Source of the DNA: Eledone cirrhosa
Lineage: Eukaryota
DNA length: 64,000 nt
Reading direction: 5' to 3'
Assembly: GCA_964016885.1 (NCBI GenBank)
Contig: OZ024740.1
Span: 396,056,001 to 396,120,000, forward strand
Under the pieces are notes generated by a model that had not been told where the DNA came from, did no database searches, and worked only from the letters and a program-made list of their open reading frames with translations. The position numbers were made by a program, and so were the translations under genes. Shown here one piece after another: positions 13,626 through 25,710 of the stretch (position 1 is the stretch's first letter; each line of letters begins with the position of its first letter).

Positions 13626-16016
13626 TAAAATGACTTAGTTTGTCAATTCTCAAGGATTAATTATAAGTACTGAATCATCTAAAGGGAATAACCATCTTCA
13701 GTAAGACCACTAAGTAACAAACAGGTGATAAACATTTCTTGGAGGAATTATTAGCATTGAGATAATTCCTGACAATGTGAAAGAGAAATGTCATAATGGG
13801 TATTTTTACATTAATGTACAGTTAAAACAGATAGTTTCAATTGTTGTCACATGAACCACTTAAATCTAAAGTGATTAGTAATTATTAAATAAACAAAGAA
13901 AATGAGTTTCAATTATACCCATTTGCGTAACAGCTAACTGTCTATAAATACATATATTAATTCATACAAAGATCTAACAATTTGTGTATGTCTATTCATC
14001 TATCTGTTACTATCCTGGTCCTCTATCTTGTTAATTGTTTGTCTCTTTATCTGGCTCTCTGCCTGCCCATTTGTATGTCTAACCATCTCTGTCACCAAAT
14101 TCACAGTTTTTCTTATATTATACACTGACGAAAATTGGTTAATGTCAACCCCATACACACATTTATGGTGTTAAAATAACTGACATTTACAAAAATGAAT
14201 ATTTTAAATGCAAAAACAAATATATTAAACCTGCATATTAATAATTTATAATTGCTAAAATGAAAGCATTGCAGCCATAACACAAAGCTTATAAAGGATA
14301 TTGGTAGCTAAAATACTGAAATATGAAGCAAATATTGCTAATATGAATATCAGAATGAAAAGTTTGCCATAGTCTTTTTGAATTTCAGTGAAATATCTGG
14401 CTAAAAATTGTTACATTGAGTATATCAATGTTACATTGAGTAGATCACTATCTACTCCAGCTATTATATAATGCCAGCTATTCTTGAGTTTAATGTTCAT
14501 ATTCCATTTCAGGTGTTTTATTCTCTCTAGATTGGATGTATAATTATATTATTTTCAGTTCACCTAGTTAGAGAATAGGCAACAGGACATATTGCAGAAA
14601 GGAGGTTACCTCTGATGGGCTGGTAGCCTATTAAAAACAAATATTTTTCTTTTTTGCTTAATACTTCAGAAACGGGATCTTTGCCAGGTTTATATATAGT
14701 TAGAATACATGGAAGTTTTTAATGAAATTTTTGTCTGTCATATTTTTACTCTGTTTTCTGCCTATTCCTTTCATTTTCATTGTGGGAGATAGTTTCCAAA
14801 TCTTATGAGTAATGCTTCCCATCTTCATTGGACTAAAGCAAAAATATTGAATGCCCCTGAAAATTTGTATATTTGAATGAATTTTGGGAAGCTAGAGTCA
14901 CAAAAGTGGGGAAGAAGTTCAAGGAGCTATTAACTCTACTAGAAACAAAGAATCCCTTTCCATTCAAAAGGTAAACTGCATGAAACATGTTAAGAAATAT
15001 GATGCTACATGCTAATGAAGAGACATAGACACTTAATGTGGAAGATCTGTGAAGGCTAAAGAGAAATGAATCAAATATACAGTCAAATTTAGACCTTGGG
15101 GACCCTGGGGCACTTCAGGTTTGGTGGGCCTCTTATACAACAATAACAAGTGTTTTAAGGTTCTGTTCCTAATTCATCAACTCATCAGCTACAATTCTAA
15201 TGTGATTTACAATTCAATGACTCATTGACAATTCAATCTAATTTGATTTACTGTTGTATTTTTACTAGTACTTTTCCTTTTTTTTTTTAATCAAAGTCTT
15301 TTCTTTCTTATTTGTCTATCTTTTAGTTAAGCTTACCTATTCAGATAATGATTATTTTTAGTATTAATTTTCTTTATCCTTGGTGAAACATATCTCCACC
15401 TTTACCCATGAAAATCCCAACTCTCCCAGTGCAGTCACCATGTTTGGTTGACCTTTATTTTGCTTCCCAGATCTGATTCTTTTTTTTTTTTATCTGCAGC
15501 ATCCTTACCATGTCTCAGTCATCTTATTCACATCTTAATTTCTATTAGATGCTCCTAAGGCAATTTTGTTGGTGGTTTTGTTTAATCTCAGATCAGCCAT
15601 AGTCATTATTTGTTTTTTCAGGCATAGGGCATTCTGGGATGAATTATTCAATGTGTCCTACCTTCCCACTTTTTGAAAGTTTGTAGGATGTAATATGATT
15701 GAGATTTGTCTGCTATTTTTAGCATGTGGAATGACCACAAATAGGTTTTCTTCTTATTAGCTCTCCTTACATTTTTTTTATTGTATAGAATCTCATTATT
15801 GGAAATGTTCGTCTTTGATTCTCCTCATTAGATAATCTGATAAAGAAAAGGAAACAATGCAATTATAAGGCAGTTTTAAAATGTGTGCATCAGTAGTCTA
15901 GCACATGAACATCTCAGTCATTCTGTCTCAATTGTTCAAGTTAAATGTTATTTTAGATATTTAATAGCAAACCTCTTGAGAAATGGCAGACATTGTTAAA
16001 GTTATTTCCATATCCA

Positions 16017-16356
16017 GGCACATGGGTTAGTGGTTAGAGCATTGGCCTTGCAATCGAAAGGTTGTGAGTTCAATTCTCAGACCGGGTGATGTGTTATTTC
16101 CTTGAACAAGACACTTTATTTCACATTGCTCCAGTTTACTCAGCTGTAGAAATGAGATGATAGGACTGGAGTCCCTATCATTCCACTGTAAAGTGGACAT
16201 GTAGGCGCCCACGGCAAAAAAAGCACCCAGCACGCACTGTAAATGAGGTTGGTGTTAGGAAGGGCATCCAGCTGTAGAAATGGAGCCAGAATCAGTTCCC
16301 GTCCCACCCTTGCAAGCAGGGAAAAGCGGACGTAAAATGATGATTATGATGATGAT
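16017..16356 (+). mobile_element. Young SINE: tRNA-like head, CORE/Meta-like centre, RTE-derived tail
   Basis: Box A TGGGTTAGTGG, box B GAGTTCAATTC, TTCCTTGAACAAGACACTTT centre; tail shared with LINE 3' UTR at 61070-61210; (GAT)n end. Confidence 0.88.
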
Positions 16357-17049
16357 ACATATGATTTTTCTTTTTACAAATAAAACATATATTGGATATG
16401 TACCAATTATGACTGTATAAAGCCTGTTTTAGTCTTTTCAGAATAAGATGGATACCTGGCAAATTTACAAGATATCTTGTCGTGCATTTCATCATGTACA
16501 CACCCAAATCTGTGCAGAAATATTTCCTTCATTTCTTTTTTCCATACTATAAAATTGGATAATTCCAAATGAGTGTGTTAGTATTATAAAAGATGTTCTC
16601 ATGCCTTATACTAAAGAAAGAAATCAATATTTTTTGTTTTTATATAGTACTAATTGGTCATAAAAATAATTTTTTTAGATTATAGCTCACTTGTAAAAGT
16701 ACCCACTCCACCCTGTAAGGTGGTTGTGCTGATGCCATGACAAAAAGCACCCAGTTCACCCTATAGTGCTGGAATCGTGATAAAATGCTCTCAGTACATA
16801 CTGTAAAGTGGTTGACATTGGGAAGGGCATCAAACCATAGAAACCAAACCAAAAATGGAGCAAATAAGCAAGACATAGTCACCTGACCCATCTGGCCTCG
16901 GTATGTGACAGCAAGTATGGAAAAATAGCTGTTAAACAGTGATGATGATATTCTCTCAGCTCTCTTTTCTCTTTTCCTCTTAAGATTATATAAATACTGT
17001 TGTTTCACTAATAAAGTAATTAAATCCTTTATTTTACTTGAGTTATATA

Positions 17050-17390
17050 GATGTTAGAACGTTGGGTAGAATGCTTTATGGTATTTGTTCCGGCTCTCAG
17101 CCCTCTGAGTTCAAATCTTGCCGAGGTCAACTTTGCCTTTCATTCTTTTGAGTTTGATAAAAAAAAAAGTACCAGTCTAGTACTGAGGTCGATTCTTCCT
17201 CTATATCGCTTTCTCATTTTCTCTTTCACTTTCTATCTCTCTCTGGAAGAAATCTGCCTGGAGAGAGATGGGCTCCGCCAGGCTGAAAATGCCCAAGAAA
17301 CACTGTATGTCAATAAGGTTTAAAATGCCCAAGAAACGCTGTATGTCAATATGGCGCCCCTACAACTCTATCAGGAGTTACGGGACCACA
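17050..17390 (+). mobile_element. Deu/Nin-type SINE with alternative tail and internal duplication
   Basis: Core at 17105-17190; tail with duplicated AAAATGCCCAAGAAAC(A/G)CTGTATGTCAATA. Confidence 0.75.
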
Positions 17391-18069
17391 TATATATATA
17401 GAATAGCCTATGACGTGCCTGTATTTCATACTTGCTCCTTCATAAACAGATGTATCCATCAACGGATGATTAGCTTTGTTGACAACTGGAATTTTAAAAA
17501 TTTCATTAGACTTTCCAGCCATCTCAGAAATATAGAAATATAATTATTAGAATATTCAAAGAGCAAAGGATGGCAGAATTGGTAGAGCATTGGACAAAAT
17601 AAATTTTACATTTTGAGCTTAATCCTCACCAGAGTCAACTTTGCTCTTCATCTCTTTAAGATCAATAGAAAAAGTTCTGGTAATAGTTTAGAATTCAATT
17701 TAGTTGTCTATACATACTCTCTATCCCTCCTTTATGCAATACTTATTAAAACATTGAAATAAATGTTTTACAGTATTTAAAAGTTCTGAGTTCAGATCCT
17801 GGTGATTCAATAAAATAAGTACCAATAATATATTGGTGTTTAGTCAACTATATCCTCTTATTTACAATGCCTAAGAAATTATTACTCGGTAGGCATCATG
17901 CTTAAGAAATTATTAGTGAAATGGTAAACTAAATAAGATATTTAATATTGTACTTTTTGTTTTGGAATTTGAATCTTTTATAGAGTAAAAAAAAATATGA
18001 AACATGTTTTGAGAGTTGATACAGTTGACAATACTCCCTCAATACTAAATCATTATTAATATGATCATT

Positions 18070-18480
18070 ATTATTTGGCAAAGCTTCGATTAACATTTTC
18101 AGGTTTCACTTGAAGAGGAAAATCAGGGTGGAGAGGGAAGTGCTGTTTTCCAAGCAGTTTGTTGAAAGGTGGTTGAGAGTGGCGAGCATGGTGCATGTGA
18201 GTGGGCCTGCCTTGAGCATATGCCTGTAGATTGGAGAACAACTGGGAGAGAGAACTATGCCCTAGTGGACAGGGTGACTGGCTTTTGTGGGCTTTCTACA
18301 GGAGTGACCTTTAGTCTCCTCACCTTTGGGGAATTTGTTTTTTTTTTTATGTTTATTTTCCTAGTCCCTGTTATAAATTTTATTTTACACAAAAAGAAAC
18401 CCACACAGTATCATCCTGTACCGTCTTTAATGGTTCCTTAATGTGAGCCCTGTGTGGTTAATAAAGAAATTATTATTATC
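18070..18480 (+). mobile_element. Probable 3' end of an unrelated non-LTR retrotransposon
   Basis: GC-richer segment, T-rich UTR, AATAAA followed by (TTA)n tail. Confidence 0.35.
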
Positions 18481-18619
18481 GGTTTATAATAGTTTCATGT
18501 GAGCTTCTATTCCATCACTAGATGAACCTCTATGTTCCAAGGAGTATGGGATAGTTTTGTATGTTAGAACTTTTGTTGAGGAGTGTGTTTTGTTGTTGTT
18601 TGTTTTGGATGTTGGGTCA

Positions 18620-18925
18620 GGTCATGTTGGCAAGGTTAAGGTGATCAGCTCATGATGGTTTGGTTGTGAGTTCAATTCCCAATGATGTGTTGTGTCCTTG
18701 AGCAAAACACTTTATTTCACATTGCTCCAGTCCACTCAGCTGGCAAAAAATGAGTTGTACCTGTAATAGAAAGGGCCAGCCTTGTCACACACTGTCATGC
18801 CAAATCTGAGAACTAGGTTAAGTGTGCATATATCTGTGGAATTCTCAGCCACATACACAAGAATTTCATCTGCAGGCAATTTCGTTGTTCGAACAACTGG
18901 AATTGGAACCAACGGAGGTGTTACA
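18620..18925 (+). mobile_element. SINE with the same head and centre as the young family but a different tail
   Basis: GTGAGTTCAATTCCC and GTGTCCTTGAGCAAAACACTTTATTTCACATTGCTCCAG shared; diverges after CAGCTG. Confidence 0.75.
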
Positions 18926-19008
18926 CACACATATATATATATAACTAAGATTGAGCCCCTGACTAGGATTTCCACCGTCTCTAACACCTACCACTAGGCC
19001 ACTGAGAC

Positions 19009-19058
19009 GGCTACTGATGACTTCCTTTGACTGAAACAGTTCTAGTACTGTAGAAGCC
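19009..19058 (+). ncRNA. Degenerate type I hammerhead-like motif in a small repeat
   Basis: GGCTA-CTGATGA-(12 nt)-GAAA-CAGT tctagt ACTG-TA-GAAGCC. Stem III is good, stem I partial, stem II poor. Confidence 0.45.
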
Positions 19059-19639
19059 ATTTCTATATTAAATTTATTGCTTACACTCTACTAATGTATT
19101 GAGTACTTTACTTACTGTCGTTACCCCCGATTGAACCCGGGACACACATATAGAAGATGTCATGTATGAGTTGTTTTTTTATTGATAGTGAATGTTTTAT
19201 GTCAATTGTGTTTTTTGTTATGTCAGCTAGTGAAAAATTATGGTTTTCTTGACATCTGTGGTTTCTTTTAGTTTTGCGTATAGTATATGTATGATATAGT
19301 CATCTGATGTTACAACTTTAGCCTTAATAGTGAAAAGAAGAAAAAACGAAACAAAACAATTAAAAAAAAAAATTATTCACATGACTGTCATTTGAGCAGA
19401 TTTGTTGACTAGTGCACTGAAGGTTGTTCTTTTTACATCCTTTTACTATTTATTACTTTCCAGTTGTATATCTAACACAGTTTTAGATATGCTACTCACT
19501 TATTTTTGTATATTCTAACTATACTATCAATTATTATTTAGCCTTTCGTCTTTCCTGGAAAGTCAAAGTCGATGAAATATTGAACTTGTCAAATACGTCG
19601 ATTAACTATACTCACCACTCCAATTTTTTTTATAGTCGT

Positions 19640-19990
19640 GGTTTTAGTTTCTGAGTTCGAAACTCACCGAGATCAACTTTATATTTCATTCTTCTAGTGT
19701 CAGTGAAATACAGTACCTCTCAAGTACTGGAGTACTGGAGTTGATTTAATCGACTCACCCGCCCTCAAAAATTGCTGTCCTTGTGTCTAAATTAGATACC
19801 AAAAGGTATTTGAGTGGTAGAGTTGCTGGAAAATCAGTCAAGTGTATCGCTATATTTATTTACGGCTCTTTACATTATGAATTCAAACCCTGTCACAGTT
19901 CACATTACTTTTCGTCTCTGCTGTATTGATTACATCGACTATATCCCAGTTATACACATTTTTGGCCTTATGCTAAAGAAAGAAATATAT
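19640..19990 (+). mobile_element. Two tandem Deu/Nin-type SINE remnants
   Basis: Box B GAGTTCGAAAC and GAATTCAAACCC, with tails of the TGTCCTTGTGTCTAAATTAGA type. Confidence 0.6.
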
Positions 19991-20889
19991 TATGTCTAGG
20001 TCAACTCTGGTCTATCAGACTTGTGATAAAAGACGTTCCAACCATCACCATTCCTTTTCTTTTTCAAACATATTTATGTAGAACTACATTATCCTATATG
20101 TCTTTCTCTTTTTAAGACAGTAGGATGTAATTCTATGGAGATTTGGCTGCTATTTCTAACACGGCATATATCCACACAATCCTATTTGTTGGTACGAGAA
20201 AGATATTATTAACGTGATGTTATTGTTCTTACGTAACTGCCTCCGTTCTACTTTAGTCATGTGACTAAACTATTTTGGAAAGGCATGAAATATATGTAAC
20301 ATTCCATTCTTTTTTTTTAATTTCTGTTCTGTTGAGATTATATAATCTGTCATCGTCATTATTTGTTACGGTTGCTTCATTTCATTTATATTTATTTATT
20401 TTAGAAAATGCCGTATTCATTTTTTTTTACCTACCGTATATATTCGAGTAAAGGCTCTATTCTTTTTAAAATTTGACCCCTATTCCCCCCACCCAACCCC
20501 CGAAAAAATTTGGCTTTTTCCACGTATTTCATGAAAAACTAGACCTTAGTTTTCACGTAAAACTGATCACATTTATTCGTGTGTGGGAGACCGACCGAGC
20601 GATCCACCATCCTTTGCAAACCTCCCCAGACCTGTGAAATAGTCAACAATTTCTTAGTTTAATTTTTGTTCTGACCTATATTTACAAAGTTGTTTTTGTG
20701 ACTAATAAAATGTTTTTGTTTTTGTACTTCTAGTACAGCGTTGATCATGATGAGTATATGTGGATTTATGTTGTGATGTTCATCTTGAATCTAGGAATCA
20801 AGGCCAAGTTGCTGACCCACTTCAGCAAAATCTTACTATAGTATTGAAATTAAAACAGGTTTTAAGAGGAGGAAAAAAGGAAAATGTTC

Positions 20890-21172
20890 TGGTGGGGCCG
20901 TAATGGCGTTGTCCTGATACACGATGTGCCTTGGGCATTTTAAATCTGGCGGAGCCCATCTCTCTCCAGGTCAGAAATGCAGCCGAATTCTTCCAGTGAA
21001 GAAGAGAAAAATAGAATAATCGCCCCAGTAATGGACTGGTACTTTATTTATCGACCTTGAAAGAAAGAAGGGCAAAATTGACTATGGTAGTATATGAACT
21101 CAAAGCTCAGTGAGCCAGAATAAATACTGAGGCAGTTAATCAAATGCTCTAACGACAGCCAATTCGCTGCCT
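20890..21172 (-). mobile_element. Deu/Nin-type SINE with alternative GC-rich tail
   Basis: TTGGGCATTTT...GGCGGAGCCCATCTCTCTCCAGG tail plus reversed core. Confidence 0.7.
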
Positions 21173-22364
21173 GTGAGATTTATGGTTTTCATACATTGTT
21201 GCTAATACGGCTAGTAGAATATTGAGATGATACTATAATAATTTTTGTTTTCTGTGGATTGGTTGTATTGGTAGAGGCAGAAGACAAATCACCTTTTGAC
21301 ATTCAATTATGTTACTTGGTTCTGAGTTCAAATCCCACTGGGGCCTATTTTTGTCTTTTATCTTTCAAAGGTCAATAAAACAAGTAAGTACACTCAAGTA
21401 TTGATGAGAGAGGGAGCCATATCCAATAGAATAGAATGTATACATGTATGTGTATAGCAGCACCATGCCAGATGTGTGAGCAGTACACTGTGGGTCTTAC
21501 TTGAGCTTAGAAGTGAAATAGTTACTGATCAAGGCTGGAGTATGTTCTACTCTTGTAAAGAAAATTTAGTTTTTGTGATGCAGTTTTGGGAATGTTATAT
21601 ATGCGTGAGTTTCGCTGTCATCATCATCACCACCATCAGCATCATCTAACATCTGCTTTCCCTGCTAGCAACAGTTGGTTAAGTCTTCACAGACCAAGTC
21701 AGTACTGAAGTGAGTCTACTGACCTCTCAGACAGGCCAGACGCCTCATCTTACATACAGTCCCATGCTCTATCGAGGGCATTTTATCATAGCACCAGCAC
21801 TAGGGTGATTTATTATTTTGTTCTGAATACTTTCATCGTAAAATAAATTAAAATCTAAAGATTGAAAATAATAATTCAATTTCCCATAAAAAAATTTTTA
21901 AATATTTTTCTAAGTAATGTTATTTATATGTGTGTTAATTTTTATTACTTTACATGTTAATAGTAAAGTAATTACGATATGGTATCATGTTCATCATTTT
22001 GATCATAAACTACATGGTATGTTGGGAGAAATAGTTGAAATTATAGTCTAGACAGCATGGAAAAATGGTCGTAAAATGATGATGATTTGAATTCTTTCAG
22101 ACTTGACATGAAATAAATACTTGTAAATCGATTACAATAAGTGGTGAAACAAAAAGGTGGGTAGGAAAATGCATGAAAAAATAGAGATTATATAAGTACA
22201 TAAGTGATCCTAATAGTGTAAGAATTTTAGAAAAGTAACTTTAAAATCATGTCAGGTATCAATCTAATCACTAGATTATCTCACCAATATACAGTAAAGT
22301 AACAGTAGAATGTAACATCAGTAAATTTACATTTGGGGTTTATGAATCGAACAATCTCTCTCTC

Positions 22365-22396
<32 letters not shown>

Positions 22397-22445
22397 GCAG
22401 TTCCCGCAATAATAAAAGTACTCAATACATTAGTAGAGTGTATAC

Positions 22446-22574
22446 AACAAAATTTAATATAGAAATGGCTTTTACAGGACTAGACCTGTTTCATTCGAAT
22501 ACGCTTTCCTGGTGATTTCCTTCAAATGAAACAGTTCTAGTCCTGTAGAAGCCATTTCTATATTAAATTTTGTT
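22446..22574. repeat. 54-bp inverted repeat of the hammerhead-like repeat family
   Basis: Arms 22446-22499 and 22521-22574, with ~4 mismatches; homologous to 19030-19090. Confidence 0.85.
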
Positions 22575-23699
22575 AAAATATATATATATATATAATCTCA
22601 AAAGTTTATATATTACTCCAAACTCTTTCCTATTCATTTCAGAAAGTAAATGCCATCTTCTGTAGACTACAAAAACTAACTGTAGTATCTAATGATTTGA
22701 CTGCAATTATTTATTTAATGCATTAGGTTAAAAAGTTTGTATTACTCTATTGGGTTATAGATAATTGAATTGTTCTGAGACATTCATATTTCTGAATGAG
22801 CCATTGCATACACTCTTTACCTTAAGCCAATGAAAGGGTCTTTATACATTTCTTGAACCCCCGAGAAATATCATCCAAATCTACATATCACACCTTAAAG
22901 AAAGAAGGATTCATTGGGTAAAATGTTATCATTGCAGATATACTAGCTTGGGAAAAATTTTAGATGGCCATGGCTGGAATGCTCTTAATGATAAGTCAGC
23001 TTGATTAGGCCTTACAACTAACAACAACACTCAGCCCTTCCCATCTTTTCACTCTGGGGTGGGGGTACATGTATAACTTTTCTTCTTTCAATCAATTAAA
23101 AATAATTTTGTTGGTGGTGGTGTGCTGTCAACATGATTGTTTAGACATAACAATAGAAAAATATTAAAAAGTGATAATAGCTCTTTAGGCAGTTGTTTTA
23201 ATCTAATGAATTCTGTGGATATTTGATATTTGTTTTATTTTATAAAACCAGCTCATTAAATGTCCCTATTATCTTTTTGATATTCTAAACATTAAAGCTT
23301 AGCTATTTCTCAAGGGAACTAACTATATAGGATCAATATCAATAGAATAATAATAAAAACATGGCTAAAGTTAATTCTATTCATTAAACAAAACAATTTA
23401 CTACAGTTATACCTCTTGTATCTTGTAATAATAAACATCTGTTTATTCATCATCATCATCATTGTTTTTGTAAATTATAATTTAGAAAATGCTGGGCACC
23501 AAGTTCTTGGCAATGGAGAGTCAAAACATACTGTCTGAGAGAGACAACTAAAGTTATGTCCAAAGAAATGAAGACTATAAATATAAACACAATTTATATA
23601 ATAAATGATTTACAAAAGAAGCAGATTAATAAAAGTTAATCAGAGGAAAAGAATAAGAGATGACACATACACAATTACATGCTACAACAGAGAACACTG

Positions 23700-24400
23700 G
23701 TATTTCCTTCTAAAAATGTTGAGGCCATCCAAGACGCTCACAAGATTGTGCAGGTGGTAATGAGGCTAAAGTGGTAGAGGAAGGCGTAGAGGCAAGAGGA
23801 ATGGTAGGAGCTAGTTGCCAGGTCATCTGTGATGCTCCAATGGTCCACCAAACTACGGGACAAATGAGATGAGATGAGGTCAATAACACTCTTAGAAAAA
23901 AACAGCAGTGTTATGTCTTCCCATTTTCTCCCATTTATATAATTGAATTTTTATGGTTATGTTCACTTCACTTTTCCCTTGACACCCCTTCCCCCCAAGG
24001 ACGTGGGAGGGTTGTAGGATGTAACAGTGTACCACCTTCCTCTATCCATCTCTGTTGTAAGCTAGGACTTGGGTTGTTGCAAAGTTTTCATTGGTTCATT
24101 CCTTGATGTTATCAGCCTATTTTTTCCTAACTGCTTTGTCTTCTTTTCCTCCCTGAAGTGTTTCTTGGAGGAAGGTCTTGGTCAATCCATAAGATCTTGT
24201 CATGTAACTATACCATCTCATGTTTCTTTTCTTTACAGTGGTTAGCAGGTCTTCATAGTTGTCCAATTGCTATGTGGATGCTTTTGTTGTTCATGGTTCT
24301 TCTGTAGCACTTAATTTTGTATGTTAGTATTTTCCTCTGTAATTTTACTATGAGCATCCTCATCTCACAGGCCTATAAAAAGATGCATTAGCTTCAATTT
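23700..24400. pseudogene. Old RTE-type LINE 3' remnants in both orientations
   Basis: Degenerate similarity to RTE C-terminal coding sequence and (GATGA)n tail at ~23865. Confidence 0.45.
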
Positions 24401-25487
24401 AGCTTTGAGATTGATGTTAGAATCTATTAATTATATAGAGCTACATACTTATAATTTAAAGCAGTATATTTAGAGCAAATAGATATTGATGATTTGATTA
24501 AATACCTTCTGGTCAGCATTGCCTTTTATTTCTGAGGATGAATAATATAAGTATCAGTCATATACTGGAGATTTAAAAAAAATTAAGCAAACTACTCTAC
24601 AAAATTAGTTTTGTACAGGATCAAAATAAATTATTATAATTATTATTGGAATTGATTCACTTTATTTATGTCACTAATGTCTTTGAAAGGTATAAATGTC
24701 ATGTATTTATTCTCCTGACAAATCTCAAGCTTTATGCCCATAGGAAAAATTATTTGATTTTTGTTGTTTTATTTTTCTGTTGCTGTTCATGGTGTTGTAT
24801 GTGACTCTCTTACTCTACTATTTCATTATTGTATTAGTTGTAATATTTATGTGAGGTGTGAAATAATTATGTATTCAAGTATGGTTGTTTGGGGATTTAT
24901 GTGTTAGGAGGTCATTATCTTTTCATTAGTTTTATGTTATGTCTATATCAAAAAAACACACTTTTTTAACTAAAAGTGCATTTATTCAGCTTTTGTCCTT
25001 AACACATTCCACCTGTTGATTCAGACATGCTGTCTCTTTCTGTCTTGTTTACCACTACTACAGTGGTTTCTGCTCTTCAGACCTGATTAGTCATGTGCCA
25101 CCTCCACTCAGCCCCCCCCTAATACATTCATTACTCCCCCTCATGTCACCTATAGTGTGCCTTCCCCTAGACCTTGCTCTAACTATTACACCCTGTTCTT
25201 TCTCTCCATGTTTTCTACAGCTATCAACTTGCAGCAGTTAAAGAGTAATACATCAATCTCACTGATCTCAGAAGATCCTTCCTCCATCCCCTCTCATATT
25301 GCCATTATCGATATATTAAAGTTCCAGTTCGGTACTGGAATTAATATAATCAGCTATTCTCTTTCCCAAAATTTGAGGCCTTGTGCCTGTATGAGAAATT
25401 AAATTATATTAAAGGTGGTGAGTTGGCTAAATTTTTAGAGTATCAGACAAAATGCCCTGTGCTGTTTAAGTTATTGTTCTTTACATT

Positions 25488-25710
25488 CATCATCATCATC
25501 ATTTCATTTTACGTCCACTTTTCCTTGATTGCAAGGGTGAGACGGGAACTGATTCTGGCTTGATTTCTACAGCTGGATGCCCTTCCTAACACCAACCTCA
25601 TTTACAGTGAGTGCTGGGTGCTTTTTTGCCGTGGCACCTGCACGACCACTTTGCAGTAGAATGATAGGGACCCCAGTCCCTATCATCTCATTTCTACAGC
25701 TGAGTAAACT
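25488..25710 (-). mobile_element. 5'-truncated copy of the young RTE-tailed SINE
   Basis: Matches the tail half of 3789-4138. Confidence 0.85.
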
